Source: a virus
Taxonomy: Duplodnaviria > Heunggongvirae > Uroviricota > Caudoviricetes
DNA length: 64,000 nucleotides
IMG/VR virus record: IMGVR_UViG_3300047564_003701
Location: 11,687-75,686 of that record
Strand: one strand, 5' to 3'
Both the position numbers and the translations under genes were made by a program. Shown in pieces: positions 45,974 through 55,418 of the stretch. Under the pieces are notes generated by a model, which worked only from the letters and a program-made list of their open reading frames with translations, was not told the DNA's origin and made no database searches. How positions within the stretch are numbered: the first letter of the stretch is position 1; each line of letters starts with the position of its first letter.

Positions 45974-47568
45974 TATGTCATCTCTAAAATAGCGGTATAA
46001 ACCTGATCCATCGTGATACCTCCGATTTCTATCCAGGATGTCCCTGTGTAGATCGTGAGATAAGGCTGATTCAATCCTTTGGCCAAAGGATCCCAACTGT
46101 TACCATCGGCTAATGCTATCTGTCCTGCTGCTTTACCTGCCGGTTCTGAAGACAGAGGAGGCATTGATAATGTGCCATTGGCATTCAGTGCTGTGCTGGT
46201 GGGTTTGTCGGAGAGATCATTATAGCTGCCGCTGAAGCCATCGATGGTAATGTTTCCATCTGTATCACTGCTGGTGGTTATTCCTGTGCCGCCTACAAAC
46301 TTAATTAGATTATCGCTGTTAACTTGTCGTTGTGTTGAATCGTCTGCGGCTATTGACCAAGAATATGTTCCAGCTAGGTTAGGTTTGTCTGTAAGCTGAT
46401 TCCAACTGACCGTGGTTAGATATCCCCTTGTGGTCACATAACTTTCTGTAGCGTACCCTGTTAATGCTGAACTAGTGATAAATCCTGCAGAGTTCACTAG
46501 CTGATTAGTGTCTGTTGGTATAGTTGGTTTGTTAGATAGATCGTTATAACTACCGCTGAATAAACTAGGGGTGTTTGTTATAATTGAATAGTCGACTGTG
46601 GTTAGATACCCTCTTGTGGTTACATATGTTTCAGTGGCTAGACCTGTTAACGCAGAACTAGTGATATAACCCTGTGTGGTTACGTAACTTTGTGTAGCAT
46701 AAGAACTAAGGTCGGGACCAGTAATGGTTATTTTACCTTCAGTATCCGAAGTAATTGTTATTCCTGTAGCACCTTGGAATTTCAAAGTTTCTCCGTTTGA
46801 AATTTCTCTAAGTGTGCTGTCGTCACCGGCTACGCTAAAGGTATAAGGATTTTCTACATTGTTAGTTATATAGGTGGTACCACCCCCACCTTGTCCTAAC
46901 AGTCCCGACGCATCAGTCAGTTGATTGATGTCTGTGGGTATTGTGGGTTTATTAGTTAAATCTGTATAGCTACCTGAAAATAAAGTAGGTTTATTTGTTA
47001 AGTCATTGTAACTACCGCTGAACAGTATAGGCTTATTGGTTAAATCTGTGTAACTGCCACTGGTAGCTACTGTAGCAAATGTAGGTTTACTGGTTACGTC
47101 GTTCCAACTTACTGTTGTCAGGTACCCTCTAGTGGTCACATAACTTTCCGTAGCATACCCAGTTAATGCCGAACTTGTTATGTACCCAGCGCCATTAGTT
47201 AGCTGGTTAGTATTAGTGGGTATTGTTGGGGTGCCTGTGAGCTTTGAATAAGCTAGGCTAGTTATCCAACTAGGGTTTGCATAACTTTGATCGCTGAATA
47301 CTCCGTTAGCAACGCTGATAATTTGATTGGCGATGGTTATAGTTGTGCCGTCGACTTTTACTCCACCCTTTACTGTAGTAGAAGCTGTAGGTAATGTATA
47401 ATCGCCTCCTCCTCCGCCTGACGAGATGAGCACACCACCCGGAGTTACACCATCTCCAATGCGAAGGTCGCCTAATTCTTCACTGTAAAATAAGGTTCCT
47501 AGATCGCCTACAAAATCGTCTGCTATCGCTCCTGGAACCCTACCTGCTTTGATTTTATGAATGGTCAT
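45973..47568 (-). CDS. tail fibre protein with internal sequence repeats
   Basis: Repeated SSALTGYATESYVTTRGYLTTV / YNDLTNKPT(I/L)F SGSY modules. Gly/Thr/Ser-rich with a globular C-terminus. Confidence 0.65.
   Translation of the reverse strand: MTIHKIKAGRVPGAIADDFVGDLGTLFYSEELGDLRIGDGVTPGGVLISSGGGGGDYTLPTASTTVKGGVKVDGTTITIANQIISVANGVFSDQSYANPSWITSLAYSKLTGTPTIPTNTNQLTNGAGYITSSALTGYATESYVTTRGYLTTVSWNDVTSKPTFATVATSGSYTDLTNKPILFSGSYNDLTNKPTLFSGSYTDLTNKPTIPTDINQLTDASGLLGQGGGGTTYITNNVENPYTFSVAGDDSTLREISNGETLKFQGATGITITSDTEGKITITGPDLSSYATQSYVTTQGYITSSALTGLATETYVTTRGYLTTVDYSIITNTPSLFSGSYNDLSNKPTIPTDTNQLVNSAGFITSSALTGYATESYVTTRGYLTTVSWNQLTDKPNLAGTYSWSIAADDSTQRQVNSDNLIKFVGGTGITTSSDTDGNITIDGFSGSYNDLSDKPTSTALNANGTLSMPPLSSEPAGKAAGQIALADGNSWDPLAKGLNQPYLTIYTGTSWIEIGGITMDQVYTAILEMT
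46390..47190 (-). repeat. intragenic coding repeats in tail-fibre gene
   Basis: ~70-nt blocks (e.g. gtggttagata(c/t)cc..ttgtggt(c/t)acata...gttaa(t/c)gc) occur at least three times. Confidence 0.5.
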
Positions 47569-47611
47569 ACCAATATTTATCGGAAGACCTATTTTGGAAT
47601 TATGTTAGTGT

Positions 47612-47854
47612 TTATCTACGAAAGATCGGATTGTGAGGATTGTGCTCAGTTTCGTCTCTGGTAAGTTTGTTGATGATCGGAGACTCTTTGCCAGCTTCTG
47701 CTTTTTTCAGTTCAATCTCTTGCTGTAAAGGGCTGACCATTACTGGATTAGGGTCTTTTTCTTCTGGATTTTTAGCGACAGAATCGTTCGACTGGTCGCT
47801 GTCTAGTTTTTCAATAATGTCGGCCAATGCCCGCATGAATTCAGCTGCTCTCAT
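47612..47854 (-). CDS. hypothetical protein
   Basis: 80-aa ORF. Confidence 0.4.
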   Translation of the reverse strand: MRAAEFMRALADIIEKLDSDQSNDSVAKNPEEKDPNPVMVSPLQQEIELKKAEAGKESPIINKLTRDETEHNPHNPIFRR

Positions 47855-47863
47855 AGTATATAT

Positions 47864-48016
47864 TTAGTTGTGAGTTAAATCCTGTTCGTTTTCTGCTTGA
47901 CAATAATTGCAGGCACATTCCGAGCAGTGATCGCAGCTTTCGTCTAAACAACTTTGTCCACAGTGTGCTGTATGTTTACAATGATTACAAATCATTTCAT
48001 TCTGTTCTGTTGTCAT
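47864..48016 (-). CDS. Cys-rich small protein (50 aa)
   Basis: Perfect SD TAAGGAG, then MTTEQNEMICNHCKHTAHCGQSCLDESCDHCSECACNYCQAENEQDLTHN. Multiple CxxC pairs; metal-binding candidate. Confidence 0.45.
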   Translation of the reverse strand: MTTEQNEMICNHCKHTAHCGQSCLDESCDHCSECACNYCQAENEQDLTHN

Positions 48017-48029
48017 TTGTCACTCCTTA

Positions 48030-48518
48030 TTATTTCTTTCGTCCTTGGCAATGTGCTTTTTGGCTGAAACCTTTGGGATTATTGCAATTTATACTTTTTT
48101 TGTATTTCTTGCTCCAAGATTCTTTGTGCATACCAAAGTTACCTTGCATACGCACCTGCTCTATTTCATTCTTTTCAGTATACCTATCTACATAGAGAGC
48201 CAATTTAAAATCTAATATAGTCAGTCCTTTGACATCGAACGTAGATGTCTTTACAGTGACTTCTGCGACATCCTGTGTGACTTCTGCGAAGTGGTCCATC
48301 TTTTCTGATAAGCGATTTATAAACTCGACAAATTCTAGAGCATGACGATGATCTTTGGCCACATACTTGGCCTGTAGAGTCCTGTGATCCAACATTTCCC
48401 AGTCAGGTAGAAACTGTGATTTGATATCGTCTAGATCGCTGTCGTTAGGCACAAAATCTTCTATGTCTTTGGATCTAAATTTGCCTTCTGCGATGTCGAT
48501 AAGTTCTCTCATGTTCAT
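48030..48518 (-). CDS. pterin-4a-carbinolamine dehydratase (PCD/DCoH)-like protein with basic C-terminal tail
   Basis: PCD-like core topology (…FVEFINRL…VKTSTFDVKGLTILDFKLALYVD), but the canonical HHP motif is replaced. Confidence 0.35.
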   Translation of the reverse strand: MNMRELIDIAEGKFRSKDIEDFVPNDSDLDDIKSQFLPDWEMLDHRTLQAKYVAKDHRHALEFVEFINRLSEKMDHFAEVTQDVAEVTVKTSTFDVKGLTILDFKLALYVDRYTEKNEIEQVRMQGNFGMHKESWSKKYKKSINCNNPKGFSQKAHCQGRKK

Positions 48519-48940
48519 TCTGTTCGATCCTTGTCATCTATGGCGCCACCTGTGACCCACGCTGTACAACTACGGTCGCCAGCGCATTTAAAATGTAAGA
48601 AGTTGCAGTAACCTAAGTCTGCCTTGTGTATTGTAGCCATAGCATCTGCATCCTTTTCATCGCCCTTGATACCCGATTCTATACAAGCCCACATCTTGTC
48701 TGAAACATCAAAGGCTGCACAATTACCACACAGCATAGTCTTAGCAGTCTTTTCTGTAATGTTCCAACGCTTGGCAGCATCCTTCCAGTACGACTCTGGC
48801 TCATCTGGATTAGCAGGACCGTAGTGATATTCATCTATAGCCTTCTGACGATTCTTTAGATTAACATCTATGTCGTAGGTAGCAATAGGACAGCCTTTGT
48901 TGGCTGCTTCTACTATGTTGATATATTTTCTGTAGATCAT
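48515..48940 (-). CDS. hypothetical Cys-containing protein
   Basis: 141-aa ORF. Confidence 0.4.
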   Translation of the reverse strand: MIYRKYINIVEAANKGCPIATYDIDVNLKNRQKAIDEYHYGPANPDEPESYWKDAAKRWNITEKTAKTMLCGNCAAFDVSDKMWACIESGIKGDEKDADAMATIHKADLGYCNFLHFKCAGDRSCTAWVTGGAIDDKDRTE

Positions 48941-50316
48941 CTCTGTTCAATCCAAGTCATTGTAGCCACAGCATTTTTGTTAGCGTTTCTAGCCGCAATG
49001 GCTAGAGTTAGTGTGTCGCTGACTGTGCCCAAACTGCTGCGTCCAATCTGATAGACTGTGTCAGTGTCTATCCTAATAGGGCCGCCACCACTGTTGGCAG
49101 TGATCATACCACTGTCTAATGAAGAGCCATCTGTGATAGCACCTGTGCTGGTATAGTTGTATTGCGTGAACGCATTAGTGTCGGGATGATCTGTCCAAGT
49201 TCCGTTGACTGTGGCATTACGTATAAGTTTATAGTAGATGTCAGTGTTGTCCAATGTGCTGGCTTGGAAGTATGTGGGAATCACAATGCCTGTCAGTGCT
49301 GTGCTTTTCATTCTAATGCTGAGCACAGGGTAAAATGTGTTAGCGGAAGGTAGGTTAATACCAGTTAGTGGTGTTAGTATGTTTTCAGCAATACCTAGTT
49401 TTTCCACACTACCTTCTACTAATAGACTATTTGATCCTTGCCACATATAGTGTGTGCCGGCAGCACCGCCAAAGTTTTCAATCTCTAGTCTAATGGGTAA
49501 GAAAGGTGTTTTACTCCACGGACTCTTAAGTCTGTTGCCGTTGTTGACTACGTGTATTACACGGGGGAATCCGTTGATCACCCAGCTGAATACAATCTGT
49601 CCAGCACCATACCACTCATATTCAACACTAATAACTTGTTGTGCGTCAGGTACTGCGGTGATGCCGCTTGGACCAGTGCCATCTAACTTATCGCCATTCC
49701 AATCTTTGCGATAGATTCTCTCTACAGTAGGAGTAGCACCATCGCTGTTGATTACCACTACAGCATATTGTGGCTCGCCTGTGTCTGGATCCACTGTGCC
49801 ACAATCTTCAAAATAAAATCCATCACTGCCGTCATACATTCCTAGTCTGCGTCTAACTCCAGTTACGGGCATTTCAAATCTAACAGCAAAAGAAATGTTC
49901 TGTGCTCTACCTGGAGTATAGCGTTGTACGTTGCGAGTCTGTCGTATAACTTTAGATCCTACAGTGCTAGAGACGCTCATAGCAATTTGGCTTAGGGTAG
50001 CGTCAAATACTGCTGAGCCACCTGATGTAGTACTTTCATCCCAGACATCTGTTTCTTTACCGTATTGGAATGTGTTAAAGAATATAGTTTCCTGTGTCTG
50101 GACTTTGAGACGACCTTTGCTATCAACCGTAGATATGACTCCATTGCCGGGTCCAGATCCTGTTAAGTCTGCCTGTACTCTTATTATTGGCTCGCCGACA
50201 CCATTGTAGTCCATTGCACGATGCAATTCTTGTAGATTAGGATCGCTAGCGTGTGTGTAGTTGGTGGTGTCCCAAGGTTGTTCGCTGGGGTTTAATCGTT
50301 GTCCGTTAAATGCCAT
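48937..50316 (-). CDS. probable virion structural protein (capsid/baseplate candidate)
   Basis: 459 aa, beta-rich, in a block with other structural-looking genes. No specific motif. Confidence 0.4.
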   Translation of the reverse strand: MAFNGQRLNPSEQPWDTTNYTHASDPNLQELHRAMDYNGVGEPIIRVQADLTGSGPGNGVISTVDSKGRLKVQTQETIFFNTFQYGKETDVWDESTTSGGSAVFDATLSQIAMSVSSTVGSKVIRQTRNVQRYTPGRAQNISFAVRFEMPVTGVRRRLGMYDGSDGFYFEDCGTVDPDTGEPQYAVVVINSDGATPTVERIYRKDWNGDKLDGTGPSGITAVPDAQQVISVEYEWYGAGQIVFSWVINGFPRVIHVVNNGNRLKSPWSKTPFLPIRLEIENFGGAAGTHYMWQGSNSLLVEGSVEKLGIAENILTPLTGINLPSANTFYPVLSIRMKSTALTGIVIPTYFQASTLDNTDIYYKLIRNATVNGTWTDHPDTNAFTQYNYTSTGAITDGSSLDSGMITANSGGGPIRIDTDTVYQIGRSSLGTVSDTLTLAIAARNANKNAVATMTWIEQR

Positions 50317-50319
50317 TGA

Positions 50320-50739
50320 TTAACTCCAAGGACGTCCGTCAACAAGTCCGCCTACGTTAGGATTATCTACTACTGTATTTCCTACATATTTTGTAGGTAG
50401 ATCATCTCTATTATACACATCGGGTCTACCAGTTCTTGCTCTGTTTACTTTGGCTATCTCTAGTTTTTGTATCTGTCGATCTTCTTTAGTACCCACTTGA
50501 TTCGGAGTACACAGTATAGTGTCTCCATCTACTATGCCCATAGCAGTTAGTGTAGTCGAACTATCACCATAAACTACGTCATTGATCGCAGGATTGTTTA
50601 ATAAACTAATCTTATAGTAATCCGTTGGCAATCCTTCGTCAGAAGCGATAGCAGAGATCAGTTGATCGATAGTAACAGTTAATGCCACTGTCACTGAATC
50701 TTTGACGCTACTTAAGCCCCAATAATTAATTGTTGCCAT
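50320..50739 (-). CDS. hypothetical protein
   Basis: ORF. Confidence 0.4.
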   Translation of the reverse strand: MATINYWGLSSVKDSVTVALTVTIDQLISAIASDEGLPTDYYKISLLNNPAINDVVYGDSSTTLTAMGIVDGDTILCTPNQVGTKEDRQIQKLEIAKVNRARTGRPDVYNRDDLPTKYVGNTVVDNPNVGGLVDGRPWS

Positions 50740-51140
50740 TAGTTGTCTCCGTAAATTCTAAAGCTGTCGCCACGGATGTCTTTTGTGTGTTTTGGGGCAT
50801 TCATACCGCCGCCTGCTGCTGCGGTTACTGCATCCATAGCAGCATATTCTTCTTTAGGAGTATTTGAATATTCAGTTGGTTCGCCTTGATCAGCTAGGTC
50901 CACGATTTGACGGAATCTGCGGATATCGTCCGGAGCGAACTCTTCTTCTGCTGGGTCACCTTGCTTGTTCATAAATCCTACAATCTTGTCGTAGTCTGCC
51001 ATAGTCACAGGACCGTTGGCGCTCATAGCTATCACTGCCTGAGCAACATCGTGTATGTCCGCGTCTTGCTTTATATCTTCTCTACTTAGTTCCAGTAGTC
51101 TTATGAATAGGGGTACATCTAGTTGTACGATATCTGCCAT
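50739..51140 (-). CDS. hypothetical acidic protein
   Basis: ORF. Confidence 0.4.
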   Translation of the reverse strand: MADIVQLDVPLFIRLLELSREDIKQDADIHDVAQAVIAMSANGPVTMADYDKIVGFMNKQGDPAEEEFAPDDIRRFRQIVDLADQGEPTEYSNTPKEEYAAMDAVTAAAGGGMNAPKHTKDIRGDSFRIYGDN

Positions 51141-51184
51141 AGTTCAATCCTCGATCACATATTTAGCGGTTAAATACTGTTACG

Positions 51185-52390
51185 ATGATTAACAAAGAAC
51201 CCTTTAAAAAACTCATATTAGACCTTAAAGAATCTGGGAAATATCGTGTTTTCAACGATATTATCCGCGAGCGAGGTGACTTTCCCAAAGCTATCTGGTA
51301 CGGTCCCTACAATATTAAAACCATAGTAAACTGGTGCTCAAATGACTATTTGGGTATGGGCCAACACAAAGTGGTCTTAGACGCTATGCACACAGCCTTA
51401 GATCAAACAGGATCTGGATCTGGAGGCACTCGCAACATTGGTGGAACCAGCCACTATCACGTGGCCTTAGAACATGAGCTAGCAATGTTACATAACAAGA
51501 GCAGAGCCTTGCTGTTTAGTTCAGCTTATGTGGCCAACGAGTGGACTATCATAGCCTTGAGCAAGATCATTCCTAACATACAGTTTATTTCTGACAGCAA
51601 CAATCATAACAGCCTTATTGTTGGCATACAACATTCTCGGGCTCCTAAACAAGTTTTCAAGCATAACGATCTACAAGACCTGGAAGATAAGTTAGTACAC
51701 AGCAAACTGGCTGGGCACACTCCTTGTATCGTTTTTGAATCAGTCTACAGTATGGATGGCGATGTAAGTCCTATTAAACAAATCTGCGATCTAGCAGACA
51801 AGTATCAGGCTATAACTTACATAGACGAAGTACACGCGGTAGGACTCTATGGAACCCACGGTGGTGGGAAGGTTGAAGAGCTTGGGCTAGAATCCCGTAT
51901 TGACATAGTCAATGGTACATTAGGGAAAGCCTATGGAGTCCAAGGTGGCTATATTGCTGCCGATGCTGATGTCGTTGATGCCATCCGTTCTGTAGCTGCT
52001 GGATTTATCTTTACTACGTCAATGAGTCCTGTGGCCTGTGCCGGTGCATTGGCTGCGGTCAAGTGGTTAAAGGATCATAACGAGATTCGTGAGAAACATC
52101 AAGAACGTGCTAACAAGTTAAAGAAATTACTGAAAGAGAACGAACTGCCTGTGATGGGATGTTCTACTACACATATCGTTCCGTTACTGGTAGGAGAGGC
52201 TAAAAGGTGTAAAGCCATGAGCGATCTTTTACTCAATGAGTTCAACATCTATGTACAGGCGATTAACTATCCAACGGTAGATGTAGGTACAGAAAGATTA
52301 CGATTTGCACCTACACCATACCACGATGATTCTATGATGAGTGATTTGATTGTTGCTCTAAAGTCTGCGTATCACCAGGTGCAAGTCTAA
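51185..52390 (+). CDS. hemA: 5-aminolevulinate synthase
   Basis: Near-collinear match to alphaproteobacterial/mitochondrial ALAS: [24 protein letters not shown]-lysine region ([11 protein letters not shown]... TLGKA) and C-terminal RLRF. Confidence 0.9.
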   Translation: MINKEPFKKLILDLKESGKYRVFNDIIRERGDFPKAIWYGPYNIKTIVNWCSNDYLGMGQHKVVLDAMHTALDQTGSGSGGTRNIGGTSHYHVALEHELAMLHNKSRALLFSSAYVANEWTIIALSKIIPNIQFISDSNNHNSLIVGIQHSRAPKQVFKHNDLQDLEDKLVHSKLAGHTPCIVFESVYSMDGDVSPIKQICDLADKYQAITYIDEVHAVGLYGTHGGGKVEELGLESRIDIVNGTLGKAYGVQGGYIAADADVVDAIRSVAAGFIFTTSMSPVACAGALAAVKWLKDHNEIREKHQERANKLKKLLKENELPVMGCSTTHIVPLLVGEAKRCKAMSDLLLNEFNIYVQAINYPTVDVGTERLRFAPTPYHDDSMMSDLIVALKSAYHQVQV

Positions 52391-52727
52391 AACGATCCTC
52401 AACATAATCCGCAGTCCCGACTTCTAAGATCACTGAATTAGGATGCAGAGCTTCGATCTGATGCGGGCTGAGCTCTGCGAAATCTGCGGTCTTACCTTCT
52501 TCTAGAATAGCTTCTTTGATTTGACCAGTGGCCACATCTATGTAAGTTACCTTGAATCTCCCGGCATTGACAAACCAGCTCTTTCTTTTTTCTTTATGGA
52601 ATACCATACTGGTTTTGGCACCTACCTTGGTAAACACCAGTAGTTTGCCGCAGTAACTTTCATTGTTACTCCATATGATTTCAAATCCCCAGCCCTTGTC
52701 TATTTTTCCTGCTTTCTGTAGGTTCAT
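52332..52727 (-). CDS. cupin-domain protein
   Basis: Small beta-barrel pattern (GWGFEIIW...GKLLVF). Its 3' end overlaps the hemA 3' end convergently by 59 nt. Confidence 0.45.
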   Translation of the reverse strand: MNLQKAGKIDKGWGFEIIWSNNESYCGKLLVFTKVGAKTSMVFHKEKRKSWFVNAGRFKVTYIDVATGQIKEAILEEGKTADFAELSPHQIEALHPNSVILEVGTADYVEDRFRLAPGDTQTLEQQSNHSS

Positions 52728-53314
52728 GGTCTTTTCTCTATGATTTTATCTACGAGCCCGTAGTCTAATGCTTCTTGTGCTGACATAAACTTATCTCTTT
52801 CCATATCCGCAGAAAACATTGCAAATGTTTTATCTTTGCTGTTATGCTTGACATAGATCTCAGTGAGATTCTTTTTCATTTTTAAAATTTCTTCAGCCTG
52901 TATCTGAATGTCTGTGGCCTGCCCACGAGCTCCTCCGCTGGGCTGATGAATCATATGACGAGCGTTAGGCAGCATATGTCTTTTACCTGCTGCACCTGCC
53001 TGGGCTAGCAATGATCCCATAGAACAGGCCTGCCCCATTACATAGGTGGCGACATCTGGTTTGATAAACTGCATCGTATCATAGATGCTCATACCTGCTG
53101 TGACTACGCCACCTGGACTGTTTATGAACAGACTAATGTCCTTGTCTGGATTTTCACTTTCTAAAAATAACAGTTGGGCTACGACCAAATTCGCCATATA
53201 ATCTTCTATAGGGCCGTTCAACATAATTATTCTTTCTTTGAGCAGTCTACTGTAGATATCAAAAGCACGCTCGCCTTTTGATGTAGACTCAATAACCATT
53301 GGTACCAATGCCAT
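52724..53314 (-). CDS. clpP: ATP-dependent Clp protease proteolytic subunit ClpP
   Basis: Catalytic Ser (GQACSMGS), His (HQP) and Asp. Full ClpP length. Confidence 0.9.
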   Translation of the reverse strand: MALVPMVIESTSKGERAFDIYSRLLKERIIMLNGPIEDYMANLVVAQLLFLESENPDKDISLFINSPGGVVTAGMSIYDTMQFIKPDVATYVMGQACSMGSLLAQAGAAGKRHMLPNARHMIHQPSGGARGQATDIQIQAEEILKMKKNLTEIYVKHNSKDKTFAMFSADMERDKFMSAQEALDYGLVDKIIEKRP

Positions 53315-53358
53315 AATATTCCTTTAAGTAAAGTGTATATATTACTATAATATTTTGA

Positions 53359-53387
53359 TTGACGCTAGATTGATTTTGCCATATACT
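53359..53387 (+). promoter_or_regulatory. sigma70 promoter
   Basis: TTGACG-N17-TATACT upstream of the HNH gene. Confidence 0.45.
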
Positions 53388-53425
53388 TGTAGGATTAAAT
53401 ACAGTAGCAACAAGAAAGTTACGAA

Positions 53426-53941
53426 ATGAGCAATACTCTACTACTAAACGCAGATATGCAACCTGTTAGCCTATTGCCACTATCAACAGTAGATTGGCAA
53501 GAAGCTATTCGATATATGGTTTTGGATAAAATTGAAGTTTTAGCCTGGCACGACGATTGGGTCGTTAGATCCGCACGTTGGGAAACTCGTGTGCCTGCTG
53601 TAATTATGCTTAAAGAATACCAAAGACCAAAACACACTATGCGTCTCAGCAAACGCAATATATTTCTTCGCGACGAATATGTCTGCCAATATTGCGGTAC
53701 AGAGGTTCAAGAGTCCAATGCTACTTTGGATCACGTCCATCCTGTGAGTCTAGGAGGCAAAACAACCTGGGAAAATTCTGCTACTGCCTGCAAGCCCTGT
53801 AACTATAAAAAGGCTGCTCACGTAGGCAAAATGAAACCCAAAAAGCTGCCTTATAAGCCTCATTTTTGGGATCTAGTTGAAAAACGCAAACGCAGAGGTT
53901 ACCACATAGCTCATCCTAGTTGGCAAGACTTTTTGGGCTAA
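53426..53941 (+). CDS. HNH endonuclease
   Basis: CQYCG...LDHVHPVSLGG...N...C..CN HNH zinc-finger motif. Confidence 0.8.
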   Translation: MSNTLLLNADMQPVSLLPLSTVDWQEAIRYMVLDKIEVLAWHDDWVVRSARWETRVPAVIMLKEYQRPKHTMRLSKRNIFLRDEYVCQYCGTEVQESNATLDHVHPVSLGGKTTWENSATACKPCNYKKAAHVGKMKPKKLPYKPHFWDLVEKRKRRGYHIAHPSWQDFLG

Positions 53942-53951
53942 ATATTAATCT

Positions 53952-55400
53952 ATGCGATTTTTTGAAATTCAAGATACTCCAACCCAAGGTGCTGATGCAA
54001 CATCGTCAGCACCTGTTCCTACGAAAGATACAAGTATGCAGTTTGCATCAAAACATGAATTAAATCAATTGGCATCTCAGCTCAAAACATCTATTCCAAA
54101 TGGACGATTTGAGCCTACCGGCAAAGGTAAGAGTAAGCCTGTGGAACATATTCGAGTGTTCAGTGTTAGTAGATCAGAATTGATAAACTCGCTTACTTCG
54201 ATGGGGTATGCGCAGGCAGATCTAAAACCGGAACAAACTTATTTGAGCACAAAATATGCTGCAAATATTTTTAGTTTTACCAAAGACAACAAAATTTTTA
54301 GTTTTGTGATATCTAGCAAAGGCACTGAAGAAACTGCTGTAGGTGTCGGTATTAAAGAATACAGTCCTACTAATCTTGGCCTAGCAGGTAAAGTTTTATC
54401 CAGAAATGAACTGATCCAAAGTGCTAAAGATGCTGTAGCCAAAAAGGCCAAAGATGACAATTTAAAAAATGCATTGTTATCGTTGATAGACATCGCTGCT
54501 AGTAGAGGACAGGGCCAACTTACTCCTGAACTTAATCAAGCTATAGCCACTGACAGAAATCAACTCAGTGTAGATTTTGGAGAAGTTTTGGCTCCTATTG
54601 CTATTATGGATGATAATGATAATGCTGAATTCCCTGTTGGCAACAGTCCGTTGATCGATGTTAAGGTAGGATCTCAGAATATTTCAGTAAAAAGTCTCAG
54701 CGGCAGCGGAACAAGTTTTCGCTCAATTGCAGATTTAATGGACAAATATGAGCAGGCCATAACAGCCGATGATCCTAACAAACAAAAATTTGAAATGTTG
54801 AAAAAGTTTCATCCCAAAGCTGGAGGAAACAACAAAGATAAAATCATTTCAGCGGCATCGCAGTCTGGAATAGCCGAGCATAAAGAAATGATGAAAATTT
54901 TGGGTGTTCCGAAAATTGAAAACTTTTCTCAATTGTCATCCGCACTAAAGGCTAAAAAGATCACAGATTATGGAACGTTTCTAAAAACTTTTTATCCGGC
55001 GATGACTTCAGGTGGGTGGGGCAAGCCTGTAGGACTGCCTGCAGATGGAGCCTATTATATGGGCAGTAAGAAGGAAGCGCCGAAAGTTGAAAAGGCCGCA
55101 GGCAAAAGAAGCTTTGATAGAGATCCAGTAGATTCGGGCGCAGACATTTTAACCTATGTGTTAGGAGTAGGACTTCTTAACTTTGTCACAAGAGGCGGCG
55201 ACGCTGACGGTTACTCAAAAATAATGACTGACATCGTAAACAAGGCTGATGCTGTTTTAGGTAAGATTGATATTACTGTCAATGGCGGAATTAAAATTAC
55301 CACAAGGCCATTTACCGAACTTAAATTTGCTTTCCAATATCACGCACCTAGCCATATTCCGGGCAACAACCTACCCGGATTCATTGCTATTCTAGATTAA
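53952..55400 (+). CDS. hypothetical protein (MRFFEI N-terminus)
   Basis: 482-aa ORF. Confidence 0.4.
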   Translation: MRFFEIQDTPTQGADATSSAPVPTKDTSMQFASKHELNQLASQLKTSIPNGRFEPTGKGKSKPVEHIRVFSVSRSELINSLTSMGYAQADLKPEQTYLSTKYAANIFSFTKDNKIFSFVISSKGTEETAVGVGIKEYSPTNLGLAGKVLSRNELIQSAKDAVAKKAKDDNLKNALLSLIDIAASRGQGQLTPELNQAIATDRNQLSVDFGEVLAPIAIMDDNDNAEFPVGNSPLIDVKVGSQNISVKSLSGSGTSFRSIADLMDKYEQAITADDPNKQKFEMLKKFHPKAGGNNKDKIISAASQSGIAEHKEMMKILGVPKIENFSQLSSALKAKKITDYGTFLKTFYPAMTSGGWGKPVGLPADGAYYMGSKKEAPKVEKAAGKRSFDRDPVDSGADILTYVLGVGLLNFVTRGGDADGYSKIMTDIVNKADAVLGKIDITVNGGIKITTRPFTELKFAFQYHAPSHIPGNNLPGFIAILD

Positions 55401-55418
55401 TTCCTGTATAATTACTGT

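Noticed and set aside
46390-47190. Possible CRISPR-like array because of repeated ~70-nt units
   Set aside because: The repeats are imperfect, in-frame and encode recurring tail-fibre peptide modules. There are no uniform spacers.
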